Below, piece after piece: positions 1 to 8,553 of a stretch of 32,620 nucleotides of DNA (position 1 is its first letter; every line of letters begins with the position of its first letter). The position numbers and the translations under genes are program-made. The stretch lies in IMG/VR virus record IMGVR_UViG_2861048470_000001, one strand, 5' to 3'. The notes below the pieces were generated by a model. It saw only the letters and a program-made list of their open reading frames with translations. It did not search any database and was not told where the DNA came from. Origin of the DNA: a virus. Lineage: Duplodnaviria; Heunggongvirae; Uroviricota; Caudoviricetes.

Positions 1-1011
1 TTATAACGTCACTCCGCCTTTTAGAGGATTCAGCGCGACGGCATTTTGCAGGTAGTCAGGCGCAAGGTGCGCATAGGCCATCGTCTGCTGAATGCTCGCA
101 TGTCCCAGAATCTGTTGCAGTGCGATTATATTGCCCCCATTCATCATGAAATGGCTTGCGAATGTATGCCGCAGGATGTGGGTTGCCTGATTGGGTGGTA
201 TATCTGGCTTCACTCTGCGTAAAATCCCGCAAAACTTCTCATAATCAACTTTGAATAATTTAGCGCTGGCCTCCTCTTTAACTTTTTTCTCCAGTTCCTC
301 AGAAATCGGCACGGTTCGCTTTTTACCGTTTTTGGTTTTCAGGAAGGTAACCCTGCAATTTGTAATCTGTGCTGGTTTTAGCGTGGCAACTTCCGTCCAT
401 CTTCCTCCAGTGCTCAGACATAAAAGTGCGACAAGTAAGTCATCACCATCCAAAACATTTAACAGTTTTTCGATTTCTGCTTTTTCCAGGAACGTCATTT
501 CAGGGTTGGCCTCCGCCAGTGGCGGCAGTCCGTGAATTGGGTGTTGCCCGGAAAATTCATCCAATTGAATTAATTTTGTGAACATGCCGGATAATCGGTA
601 CATGTCACGGTTTATCGTTGCGGCACTGATACCATCACGTAGTCGCATGGAACGATAATCCATCAAAGCTCTTTTGCTCATCCGGCTCACTGGTATATCA
701 CCTATGCCGCTGATGGTTTTGAGCAGATGATTAAACTCTTTTGTTCCATGCTCGTGGTTTTGCCCGTGATATTTCCACCAGATGTCCAGCAACTCACTCA
801 AAGTTCTGCGATCTGCTCGCTGACCTGCCCATTCTTTCTGGCTGGCGTAGGCGATTGTGTATCGCTCAAATGCTACAGCCTCAGCTTTTCTTTCAAATTT
901 CCTGCGGATGCGTTTTCCGTCGCGACCGCGAGGTCTAATGTCCACTTCATAGCGTCCATCATCGAGCTTCTTAATTGACATAAGAAAGCCCTCTGACGCT
1001 GTATTCACCAT
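1..1011 (-). CDS. int: Tyrosine-type site-specific integrase (P2 Int-like)
   Basis: 336-aa ORF; C-terminal region has the tyrosine-recombinase pattern (...ILRHTFASHF..., ...LGHASIQQTMAYAHL...); sits at the prophage end next to the C repressor, as in P2. Confidence 0.9.
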   Translation of the reverse strand: MVNTASEGFLMSIKKLDDGRYEVDIRPRGRDGKRIRRKFERKAEAVAFERYTIAYASQKEWAGQRADRRTLSELLDIWWKYHGQNHEHGTKEFNHLLKTISGIGDIPVSRMSKRALMDYRSMRLRDGISAATINRDMYRLSGMFTKLIQLDEFSGQHPIHGLPPLAEANPEMTFLEKAEIEKLLNVLDGDDLLVALLCLSTGGRWTEVATLKPAQITNCRVTFLKTKNGKKRTVPISEELEKKVKEEASAKLFKVDYEKFCGILRRVKPDIPPNQATHILRHTFASHFMMNGGNIIALQQILGHASIQQTMAYAHLAPDYLQNAVALNPLKGGVTL

Positions 1012-1050
1012 CTTGGTAACAAATGGTGAAAATATAATGTTTATAGAGTG

Positions 1051-1344
1051 TTAACCAGTCTGTTTTTCGGAGTGGTCTGATTCTGTTGGTTTTTGCCCAA
1101 TGTGTGCGAGAGCCGGCGCGATCTGACCAGCTTGTGGTGACGTATCACCAGTCATTAACCAGAGCGTATATTTTTTAAATAAAGGCGTATTTGTGACTCG
1201 CATAACGATGCTGAGACCAGGGTCTTTATGCCCACTTTCGTAATTTTTGACTGTTCCTAGAGCTATCCCGCTAATTTCGCTGAATTTCGCCTGTGTTAAG
1301 CCTTCTGCTTTCCTAATCGCTTTCAGTTTTTCGAATGTCTGCAT
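1051..1344 (-). CDS. C: Immunity repressor C (helix-turn-helix)
   Basis: 97-aa ORF with an N-terminal HTH (LTQAKFSEISGIALGTVKNYESG); transcribed divergently from cox immediately beside int. Confidence 0.85.
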   Translation of the reverse strand: MQTFEKLKAIRKAEGLTQAKFSEISGIALGTVKNYESGHKDPGLSIVMRVTNTPLFKKYTLWLMTGDTSPQAGQIAPALAHIGQKPTESDHSEKQTG

Positions 1345-1496
1345 TTGACAGTAACCTATTGGTGACTTATATTCCCGTCAAAAGGTTGTGTATTGGTGAC
1401 CTTTTGAGTGTGTTAGCCAGTCCCTAGAAAGGACAGGGGCGACCTAGAAGGGACTGGATCTAATAAGGGTAACACGAAAGCAAAAAGGGCTAATCA
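1345..1496. promoter_or_regulatory. C/cox lysis-lysogeny switch region (Pe/Pc promoters and operators)
   Basis: 152-bp intergenic between divergent C and cox. Contains a 10-bp direct repeat TATTGGTGAC at 1357-1366 and 1391-1400, and an inverted repeat CCAGTCCCT (1417-1425) / AGGGACTGG (1449-1457). Confidence 0.6.
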
Positions 1497-1769
1497 ATGG
1501 AAGTCAATGACTATGTGATTCAGTACCCGATTGATGCGGTACATACGGTTAAGTTTGCAGAGTTACTTGGTAAGCCAGAAACGGCTGTAGTCAAGATGGT
1601 AAAAGAGAATAAATTGCCAGTTATTGAGCTTCGTGATCCAAGTAAGCCGAACGCTCGTGTCGGTGAGAAGTGGGTTTTCATTCCAGAGTTTAATCGCGCT
1701 GTACGAGAGGCGTTTTATAACCGACCAGTTGAACAGCGTGATGCATGGCTTTTGTGGATGGGGTTGTGA
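1497..1769 (+). CDS. cox: Cox-like excisionase / transcriptional regulator
   Basis: 90-aa ORF as first gene of the rightward early operon; resembles P2 Cox in size and in motifs (KLPVI..., W.LWMGL at the C-terminus). Confidence 0.75.
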   Translation: MEVNDYVIQYPIDAVHTVKFAELLGKPETAVVKMVKENKLPVIELRDPSKPNARVGEKWVFIPEFNRAVREAFYNRPVEQRDAWLLWMGL

Positions 1770-1771
1770 TT

Positions 1772-1942
1772 ATGAGTGAACCGCGTTGTATTGCTCAGTT
1801 ACTGCGTAACGAAAGCCCAAGGGCGATTGACTTCACCATCACCCACGGTAAGGGGCGTAAGGGAATCATTATCCGCACCAAAAAACAGAGTCCGTTAAAA
1901 AAGGCTCTGACCTTTCTGAAAAGCCGGAGGGTATGGAAATGA
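1772..1942 (+). CDS. Small early-operon hypothetical protein (position of P2 orf78)
   Basis: ATG at 1772, 3 nt after the cox stop; its stop overlaps the start region of the next gene. Called by position only. Confidence 0.45.
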   Translation: MSEPRCIAQLLRNESPRAIDFTITHGKGRKGIIIRTKKQSPLKKALTFLKSRRVWK

Positions 1943-2439
1943 CAGTGATGACGCTCAATCTCGTTGAAAAACAGCCAGCAGCTATGCGCCGGATAATTGG
2001 TAAGCATCTTGCCGTTCCTCGCTGGCAGGATACATGTGATTATTATAATCAGATGATGGAGCGCGAACGGCTAACGGTTTGCTTTCATGCGCAGTTAAAA
2101 CAGCGTCACGCAACGATGCGTTTTGAAGAAATGAACGACGTCGAACGTGAACGGCTGGTTTGTGCAATTGATGAATTGCGTGGGGCATTCTCAAAACGCC
2201 GTCAGGTTGGCGCAAGTGAGTATGCATATATTAGTTTTTTAACAGTCAGTCAGCGTCGCACTTTATTTATGCATGCCGGATTGACTGAAAAAGAATTCAA
2301 CCAGCCATACTGGCGAATTAATGAAGAGTCATGTTACTGGCGTGATGCTTTATTCCGTGCATTACGTGAATTATTCAGCCTGTTTGAGTATGCACCGACA
2401 ATTCTGACGTCGGTAAAACCAGAGCAATATCTGCATTAA
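1939..2439 (+). CDS. Replication protein B-like (P2 gpB position and size)
   Basis: About 166 aa; GGAGG at 1926-1930 is better spaced for the ATG at 1939 than for the ATG at 1933. Third gene of the early operon, as B is in P2. Identity by position and size, not by recognised motifs. Confidence 0.55.
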   Translation: MTVMTLNLVEKQPAAMRRIIGKHLAVPRWQDTCDYYNQMMERERLTVCFHAQLKQRHATMRFEEMNDVERERLVCAIDELRGAFSKRRQVGASEYAYISFLTVSQRRTLFMHAGLTEKEFNQPYWRINEESCYWRDALFRALRELFSLFEYAPTILTSVKPEQYLH

Positions 2440-2502
2440 GTAATTAACCAGAGTTTTTAACGCACTTAATTGTGCGGGGCTTCTTTTTGCCTGGAGAAAG
2501 TC

Positions 2503-2727
2503 ATGCATACAGTTTCTGAAAATCAGTGCGGTAAATACGCATTACTGCTGCAACAGGCCAGAACCGAAGCACAGGCCGATGCAGCGACGCGCTTTTCTTC
2601 TCATCTTGACGCCATGATTCGCCACATCACAAAGGCGGAGTTATCCCGCGTGGAGATAGTCGAGCTGCTCAGTCAGGAGTCGGAAAAATTTCACAACATC
2701 GGATTGTCTCGCGGGGAGGTGCTTTGA
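2503..2727 (+). CDS. Small early-operon hypothetical protein (P2 orf80 position)
   Basis: ORF 2470-2727; ATG at 2503 is preceded by GGAGA at suitable spacing; stop overlaps the next start (ATGA). Confidence 0.5.
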   Translation: MHTVSENQCGKYALLLQQARTEAQADAATRFSSHLDAMIRHITKAELSRVEIVELLSQESEKFHNIGLSRGEVL

Positions 2728-3029
2728 TGTCCTGTTCTCGTTCAGTTGTTTTACTGAACAATGCCTTAAAAATCGCCGTTATGAAAAATGGCGATTTGTC
2801 TCTTATTCAACTTGGTCTTGATAAAGAAAAACGCGAAATAACTGAATCTGTTATCGCGATTTATCAGAGTGAATTAAACCTCCTGTCTGATGTGGTCAAT
2901 TTACTTGTTAAACGCGCTGTATTTCACAAGCAAATTTCCTCCGTGGATGAACTGACGAAATTAACGACAGAAATCGCCAGCTATTGCGCTGATGAATTTA
3001 AAAAACTGAACGACAAAAGGAACTGGTAA
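2724..3029 (+). CDS. Small early-operon hypothetical protein (P2 orf81 position)
   Basis: 101-aa ORF, translationally coupled to its neighbours through overlapping stop/start codons. Confidence 0.55.
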   Translation: MMSCSRSVVLLNNALKIAVMKNGDLSLIQLGLDKEKREITESVIAIYQSELNLLSDVVNLLVKRAVFHKQISSVDELTKLTTEIASYCADEFKKLNDKRNW

Positions 3030-3253
3030 TGCCGGACAACGTAGATTTTATTCAGGAACAACAGGCTGAATTACTGGAGCGCCAGATTAACGCGGCAAGG
3101 GTAAAACATTGCGGTGCTTCTGCGCTGGTTTGCGAAGAGTGTGACGCGCCAATACCTGCTGCCCGTCGTGCGGCTTACCCGTCAGCCACGCGTTGTGTTT
3201 CCTGTCAGTCAGTCTTTGAAGCAAAAAACAAACATTACCGGAGAACGGCATGA
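3029..3253 (+). CDS. TraR/DksA-family C4 zinc-finger protein (P2 orf82 position)
   Basis: 74 aa with CxxC...CxxC (CEECDAPIP...RCVSCQ), typical of phage TraR/DksA-like zinc-finger proteins. Confidence 0.7.
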   Translation: MPDNVDFIQEQQAELLERQINAARVKHCGASALVCEECDAPIPAARRAAYPSATRCVSCQSVFEAKNKHYRRTA

Positions 3254-3525
3254 GTATTCGTATTGAAATTGGCGAACGTTATGTCGTTACCAGTGACAGC
3301 TTTCAGTTTATTCTCCACGAGAAAAAGAGAGCTGAAAGCGGTAAAAACGCCGGTCAGGAATGGCTGGCGGTGGTTGGTTATTACCCGAAATTAAGCCAGC
3401 TCGTTTCAGGCCTGATGCATCACGATATTCTGACCGGAAGCGCAAAGTCTTTTGCTGATTTAAACGTGCAGGTTGAGCAACTCAGCAAGCGTTGTTCAGA
3501 GGCTTTTGGCTCATATGGCCGTTAA
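3250..3525 (+). CDS. Small early-operon hypothetical protein (P2 orf83 position)
   Basis: 91-aa ORF coupled to the upstream ORF; overlaps the start of A by 11 nt. Confidence 0.5.
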   Translation: MSIRIEIGERYVVTSDSFQFILHEKKRAESGKNAGQEWLAVVGYYPKLSQLVSGLMHHDILTGSAKSFADLNVQVEQLSKRCSEAFGSYGR

Positions 3526-5782
3526 AGCCTCCGGGCGTTTTGTCCCTCCGTCAGCATTTGCCGCAGGCACCGGTAAGGCGCTTACCGGTGCTTATGCATG
3601 GAACGCGCCACGCGAGGCTGTCGGGCGCGAAAGACCCCTTACACGTGACGAGATGCGTCAGGTGCAAGGTGTTTTATCCACGATTAACCGCCTGCCTTAC
3701 TTTTTGCGCTCGCTGTTTACTTCACGCTATGACTACATCCGGCGCAATAAAAGCCCGGTGCACGGGTTTTATTTTCTCACATCCACTTTTCAGCGTCGTT
3801 TATGGCCGCGCATTGAGCGTGTGAATCAGCGCCATGAAATGAACACCGACGCGTCGTTGCTGTTTCTGGCAGAGCGTGACCATTATGCGCGTCTGCCGGG
3901 GATGAATGACAAGGAGCTGAAAAAGTTTGCCGCCCGTATCTCATCGCAGCTTTTCATGATGTATGAGGAACTCTGCGATGCCTGGGTGGATGCGCATGGC
4001 GAAAAAGAATCGCTGTTTACGGATGAGGCGCAGGCTCACCTCTATGGTCATGTTGCTGGCGCTGCACGTGCTTTCAATATTTCCCCTCTCTACTGGAAAA
4101 AATACCGTAAAGGGCAGATGACCACGAGGCAGGCATATTCTGCCATTGCCCGTCTGTTTAACGATGAGTGGTGGACTCATCAGCTTAAAGGCCAGCGTAT
4201 GCGCTGGCATGAAGCGTTACTGATAGCTGTCGGGGAGGTCAATAAAGACCGTTCTCCTTATGCCAGTAAACACGCCATTCGTGATGTGCGTGCGCGCCGC
4301 CAGGCAAATCTGGAATTTCTTAAATCGTGTGACCTTGAAAACAGGGAAACCGGCGAGCGCATCGACCTTATCAGTAAGGTGATGGGCAGTATTTCTAATC
4401 CTGAAATTCGCCGGATGGAGCTGATGAACACCATTGCCGGTATTGAGCGTTACGCCGCCGCAGAGGGTGATGTGGGGATGTTTATCACGCTGACTGCGCC
4501 GTCAAAGTATCACCCGACTCGTCAGGTCAGAAAAGGCGAAAGTAAAACCGTTCAGCTTAATCACGGCTGGAACGATGAGGCATTTAATCCAAAGGATGCG
4601 CAGCGTTATCTCTGCCGCATCTGGAGCCTGATGCGCACGGCATTCAAGGATAATGATTTACAGGTCTACGGTTTGCGTGTCGTCGAGCCACACCACGACG
4701 GAACGCCGCACTGGCATATGATGCTTTTTTGTAATTCGCGCCAGCGTAACCAGATTATCGAAATCATGCGTCGCTATGCGCTCAAAGAGGATGGCGACGA
4801 AAGAGGAGCAGCGCGAAACCGTTTTCAGGCAAAACACCTTAATCGGGGCGGTGCTGCGGGGTATATCGCGAAATACATCTCAAAAAACATCGACGGCTAT
4901 GCACTGGATGGTCAGCTCGATAACGATACCGGCAGACCTCTGAAAGATACTGCCGCGGCTGTTACTGCATGGGCGTCAACGTGGCGCATCCCGCAATTTA
5001 AAACGGTTGGTCTGCCGACAATGGGGGCTTACCGTGAACTACGCAAATTGCCTCGCGGCGTCAGCATTGCTGATGAGTTTGACGAACGCGTCGAGGCTGC
5101 ACGCGCTGCCGCAGACAGTGGCGATTTTGCGTTGTATATCAGTGCGCAGGGTGGGGCAAATGTTCCGCGCGATTGCCAGACTGTCAGAGTCGCCCGTAGC
5201 CCGTCGGATGAAGTTAACGAGTACGAGGAAGAAGTCGAGAGAGTGGTCGGCATTTACGCGCCGCATCTCGGCGCGCGTCATATTCATATCACCAGAACGA
5301 CGGACTGGCGCATTGTGCCGAAAGTTCCGGTCGTTGAGCCTTTGACTTTAAAAAGCGGCATCGCCGCGCCTCGGAGTCCTGTCAATAACTGTGGAAAGCT
5401 CAACGGTGGTGATACTTCGTTACCGGCTCCCACACCTTCTGAGCACGCCGCAGCAGTGCTTAATCTGGTTGATGACGGTGTTATCGAATGGAATGACCCG
5501 GAGGTTGTGAGGGCGCTCAGAAGCGCATTAAAACACGGCCTGAGAAGACCAAACCGTCAGCAAAGAAACGGAAGCCCGTTAAAACCACATGAAATTGCAC
5601 CATCGGCCAGACTGACCCGGTCGGAAAGAATGCAAATCACCCGTATCCGCGTTGACCTTGCTCAGAACGGTATCAGGCCGCAGCGATGGGAGCTTGAGGC
5701 GCTGGCGCGTGGGGCAACAGTAAATTATGACGGGAAAAAATTCACGTATCCGGTCGCTGATGAGTGGCCGGGATTCATATAA
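3515..5782 (+). CDS. A: Replication initiation endonuclease A (rolling-circle HUH Rep)
   Basis: Large ORF with an HUH-type motif (TPHWHMMLF) and downstream tyrosine-rich region (AAGYIAKYISKN). The ATG at 3515 (MAVKAS...) gives about 755 aa, close to P2 gpA; the ORF-track start at 3473 would overlap the previous gene more deeply. Confidence 0.9.
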   Translation: MAVKASGRFVPPSAFAAGTGKALTGAYAWNAPREAVGRERPLTRDEMRQVQGVLSTINRLPYFLRSLFTSRYDYIRRNKSPVHGFYFLTSTFQRRLWPRIERVNQRHEMNTDASLLFLAERDHYARLPGMNDKELKKFAARISSQLFMMYEELCDAWVDAHGEKESLFTDEAQAHLYGHVAGAARAFNISPLYWKKYRKGQMTTRQAYSAIARLFNDEWWTHQLKGQRMRWHEALLIAVGEVNKDRSPYASKHAIRDVRARRQANLEFLKSCDLENRETGERIDLISKVMGSISNPEIRRMELMNTIAGIERYAAAEGDVGMFITLTAPSKYHPTRQVRKGESKTVQLNHGWNDEAFNPKDAQRYLCRIWSLMRTAFKDNDLQVYGLRVVEPHHDGTPHWHMMLFCNSRQRNQIIEIMRRYALKEDGDERGAARNRFQAKHLNRGGAAGYIAKYISKNIDGYALDGQLDNDTGRPLKDTAAAVTAWASTWRIPQFKTVGLPTMGAYRELRKLPRGVSIADEFDERVEAARAAADSGDFALYISAQGGANVPRDCQTVRVARSPSDEVNEYEEEVERVVGIYAPHLGARHIHITRTTDWRIVPKVPVVEPLTLKSGIAAPRSPVNNCGKLNGGDTSLPAPTPSEHAAAVLNLVDDGVIEWNDPEVVRALRSALKHGLRRPNRQQRNGSPLKPHEIAPSARLTRSERMQITRIRVDLAQNGIRPQRWELEALARGATVNYDGKKFTYPVADEWPGFI

Positions 5783-5900
5783 ACTGAAATGAACAGCGTT
5801 GCAAGTGTGATAAAAATCATTATACTGTTTTTATATACAGTACTTTAATCTGGAAAGATGCTATAAATGTATATTTCTATAAAAATATATGGTTTATTGA

Positions 5901-5929
5901 TTGTGTATGCTCACTATCAAATTTATACT
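5901..5929 (+). promoter_or_regulatory. Candidate sigma70 promoter for the accessory module (TTGTGT-17 bp-TATACT)
   Basis: Read by eye in the AT-rich spacer upstream of the 6060 gene. Weak -35, good -10. Not validated. Confidence 0.3.
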
Positions 5930-6059
5930 CCGCGCGCAATGTTGAGTATGCTTAAGATATAGCGTTTACAATTCCAGGCTTGAAGGCTCGGGTATAGGTA
6001 AAAATTGAGTGTTCTCGGTTGCTTTTCGTGACATAAGAGGACAGCAAAGGAGGTTGAGT

Positions 6060-6530
6060 ATGTACAGCCCATTGAACATCGCGAATAAGTTTATAGAACT
6101 TGCTTGCGCGGCTGGTATGCCAATCACCCAGATGCAGGCACAAAAGCTGACCTATATAGCACATGGTATAAATCTGGGTTACAAAGGGACGCCTTTGTTA
6201 ACGACACCAGTTTGTGCATGGCGTTATGGTCCAGTGGTTCCAGTTCTGTATAACTATCTTAAAGTTTATGGCCGTAGTCCCATAACACAACCAATACAAG
6301 TTCCATCGGCAATTTCTCAGGAGTTTGACCCTATGACTGAGCAGTTGCTGCAGAACGTTTATAACGTTTACGGTAAATATACCGCTGAGGATTTATCTGC
6401 TTTCACACATCGTGAAGGTACTCCTTGGAAGCAAGCAATGGATAGTCGTATGGATATCATTCCTGATTCCGTTATTCAGGATTACTATCAAAAGCTGCTA
6501 CACGGCGATAGCAATTGCATCGGACTATGA
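6060..6530 (+). CDS. Panacea-domain (DUF4065, SocA/GepA-like) protein; candidate antitoxin
   Basis: About 156 aa from the ATG at 6060, preceded by AAGGAGG. Sequence KLTYIAHGINLGYKGTPLLTTPVCAWRYGPVVPVLYNYL fits the Panacea pattern as I recall it (K.L.Y.A....G.PL....AW..GPV...Y). AT-rich. Confidence 0.65.
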   Translation: MYSPLNIANKFIELACAAGMPITQMQAQKLTYIAHGINLGYKGTPLLTTPVCAWRYGPVVPVLYNYLKVYGRSPITQPIQVPSAISQEFDPMTEQLLQNVYNVYGKYTAEDLSAFTHREGTPWKQAMDSRMDIIPDSVIQDYYQKLLHGDSNCIGL

Positions 6531-6545
6531 GTCCGAATTAAGATA

Positions 6546-6570
6546 ACCCCGTCTATGTACGGGGTTTTTT
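6546..6570 (+). terminator. Rho-independent terminator-like hairpin plus T6
   Basis: ACCCCGT-ctatgt-ACGGGGT followed by TTTTTT; the next ORF's ATG follows immediately at 6571. Confidence 0.6.
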
Positions 6571-7143
6571 ATGCCTGACGATAATAAGAAAGTGACAGCT
6601 GAATTTGATAAAGACCTTCTCAGACGATTGCAGCAAGCTGAGCAGAATCTGATAACTGCCTCTGCGGCTTTGGGAGATGAGGGCTGTTGGGATGAAGAAT
6701 CTCATGAGCCTGAGTCTGTTGAGGACGCTGTTGATGAAATGCAAAAGGAAGAAGAGGATGCTGCGACCATGCAGCGTTTGGATTTATCCAGTCTTAATTT
6801 TCAAATTGCTGAATTGAGTCGCTGTGTTGAAACTATAAGCACTAACCTTGAAAGCGTACAGGCAGAAACCAAAAGAAAAAATGCGGAAACCGACGGCCTG
6901 CTTACGGACAATGAGCTCCGTAGAACTATGGCTGATAAAACATATCAATTCATGATTGTTTGGTGTTGTTTTGTCGGCTGGGTCATATTTATGTATGTAT
7001 TGAAAAAAGATTTTGATCCACCAGAAACAATTATCATTGCGCTTATGGGAACCACAACTGTGAGTATTGTGGGATTGGTTGGGTTTGTTGTTAGTGGTTT
7101 GTTCAAAAGCAACAATAAACCTTCTGGCGACAATAAAAATTAA
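6571..7143 (+). CDS. Acidic coiled-coil protein with two C-terminal transmembrane helices; candidate membrane toxin/effector partner of the Panacea protein
   Basis: 190-aa ORF; N-terminal half charged and helical (LLRRLQQAEQNL..., EEDAATMQRL...); C-terminal hydrophobic stretches YQFMIVWCCFVGWVIFMYVL and IIIALMGTTTVSIVGLVGFVVSGLF. Start uncertain: an internal in-frame ATG (MQRLDL...) has a GAGGA upstream. Confidence 0.6.
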   Translation: MPDDNKKVTAEFDKDLLRRLQQAEQNLITASAALGDEGCWDEESHEPESVEDAVDEMQKEEEDAATMQRLDLSSLNFQIAELSRCVETISTNLESVQAETKRKNAETDGLLTDNELRRTMADKTYQFMIVWCCFVGWVIFMYVLKKDFDPPETIIIALMGTTTVSIVGLVGFVVSGLFKSNNKPSGDNKN

Positions 7144-7152
7144 TCATCAAAG

Positions 7153-7178
7153 TGGCACCTTTGGGTGCTATTTTTTTG
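7153..7178 (+). terminator. Rho-independent terminator closing the accessory module
   Basis: GCACC-tttg-GGTGC hairpin followed by a T7 run, just after the 7143 stop. Confidence 0.55.
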
Positions 7179-7330
7179 CTTTTTCCGCGATTTCTCTGTT
7201 TTTTCCGTGCATCATTTGGTGCATGAGTTTGAATGTGCTTTAGTCTAGCTCACTTGCTTTCTGCTGCCAATGCTAGCTAGGTTTGACGGTGTTCATGCAA
7301 CTGCATTAAAACCGACCCATGAAGCGGGCG

Positions 7331-7349
7331 GGCGAGGCGGGGAAAGCAC
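7331..7349. other. cos: cos site (19-nt cohesive-end sequence GGCGAGGCGGGGAAAGCAC)
   Basis: Exact 19-mer that I recall as the P2 cohesive end, located between the accessory locus and Q as in P2. Confidence 0.6.
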
Positions 7350-7490
7350 TGCGCGCTGGCGGTGGTGCTGATTTTATTTTTTCAGCGTCTGAGCGCGTCG
7401 TGATGGCGTTTAGATTGTGCGCCGGGGCGTTGGTGTGTCTGCGGGCTGTTTTGTGCGGTGGTGAGCGTGTGAGGGCGTGATGACGGGGGG

Positions 7491-7513
7491 TAAAAAAGCC
7501 GCCCGCAGGCGGC
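7491..7513 (-). terminator. Rho-independent terminator downstream of Q (minus strand)
   Basis: GCCGCC-cgca-GGCGGC hairpin; on the minus strand it is followed by a T-run (plus-strand AAAAAA at 7492-7497). Confidence 0.55.
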
Positions 7514-7518
7514 GATGT

Positions 7519-8553
7519 TCAGCCGTTGTCAGTGTCCAGTGAGTAGTTTTTAAAGCGGATGACCTCCTGACCGAGCCAGCCGTTTATCTCGCGGATCCTG
7601 TCCTGTAACGGGATAAGCTCATTGCGGACAAAGACCTTTGCCACTTTCTCAATATCACCCAGCGACCCGACGTTCTCCGGCTTGCCGCCCATCAACTGAA
7701 AAGGGATGCGGTGCGCGTCCAGCAGGTCTGCGGCGCTGGCTTTTTTGATATTAAAAAAATCGTCCTTCGTTGCCACTTCACTGAGCGGGATAATTTTAAT
7801 GCCGTCGGCTTTCCCTTGCGGGGCATAGAGAAACAGATTTTTAAAGTTGTTGCGGCCTTTCGACTTCACCATGTTTTCGCGGAGCATTTCGATATCGTTG
7901 CGATCCTGCACGGCATCAGTGACGTACATGATGTATCCGGCATGTGCGCCGTTTTCGTAATACTTGCGGCGGAACAGCGTGGCTGACTCATTCAGCCAGG
8001 CAGAGTTAAGGGCGCTGAGATATTCCGGCAGGCCGTACAGCTCCTGATTAATATCCGGCTCCAGCAGATGAAACACGGAGCCGGGCGTGAAAGGTGTCGG
8101 CTCGTTGAAGGACGGCACCCACCAGTAAACATCCTCCTCCACGCCACGGCGGGTATATTTTGCCGGTGAGGTTTCCAGTCTGATGACCTTACCGGTGGTA
8201 CTGTAACGCTTTTCCAGAAACGCATTACCGAACACCAGAAAATCCAGCACAAAGCGGCTGAAATCCTGCTGGGAAAGCCACGGATGCGGGATAAATGTCG
8301 AGGCCAGAATATTACGTTTGACGTAAATCGGTGAGCTGTGATGCACGGCAGCACGCAGGCTTTTTGCCAGACCGGTAAAGCTGATCGGTGGCTCATACCA
8401 TCTGCCGTTACTGATGCACTCGACGTAATCCAGAATGTCACGGCGGTCGAGTACCGGCACCGGCTCACCAAAGGTGAATGCTTCCATTTTCGGGGCGCTG
8501 GCGGTCATTGTTTTTGCCGCAGGTTGCGGTGTTTTCCCTTTTTTCTTGCTCAT
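7519..8553 (-). CDS. Q: Portal protein Q
   Basis: 344-aa ORF, same length and position as P2 gpQ; start overlaps the P stop. Confidence 0.9.
   Translation of the reverse strand: MSKKKGKTPQPAAKTMTASAPKMEAFTFGEPVPVLDRRDILDYVECISNGRWYEPPISFTGLAKSLRAAVHHSSPIYVKRNILASTFIPHPWLSQQDFSRFVLDFLVFGNAFLEKRYSTTGKVIRLETSPAKYTRRGVEEDVYWWVPSFNEPTPFTPGSVFHLLEPDINQELYGLPEYLSALNSAWLNESATLFRRKYYENGAHAGYIMYVTDAVQDRNDIEMLRENMVKSKGRNNFKNLFLYAPQGKADGIKIIPLSEVATKDDFFNIKKASAADLLDAHRIPFQLMGGKPENVGSLGDIEKVAKVFVRNELIPLQDRIREINGWLGQEVIRFKNYSLDTDNG

Noticed and set aside
3473-3514. The longer ORF-track start (3473) for gene A
   Set aside because: The ATG at 3515 gives a protein of about P2 gpA length and a short overlap with the upstream gene, whereas 3473 would overlap it by 53 nt; the upstream start cannot be excluded without homolog alignment.
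3492-5345. Alternative-frame and antisense ORFs inside replication gene A (for example 3492-3824, 3941-4210, 5007-5345)
   Set aside because: They are fully contained in the 755-aa A gene, which carries clear HUH motifs; overlapping ORFs of this size are expected by chance in GC-rich DNA.
6571-7143. That the 190-aa hotspot protein is a homolog of P2 Tin or Old
   Set aside because: Old is a much larger ATPase/nuclease and Tin is not a coiled-coil/two-TM protein; size and architecture do not fit, so it is treated as a different cargo.
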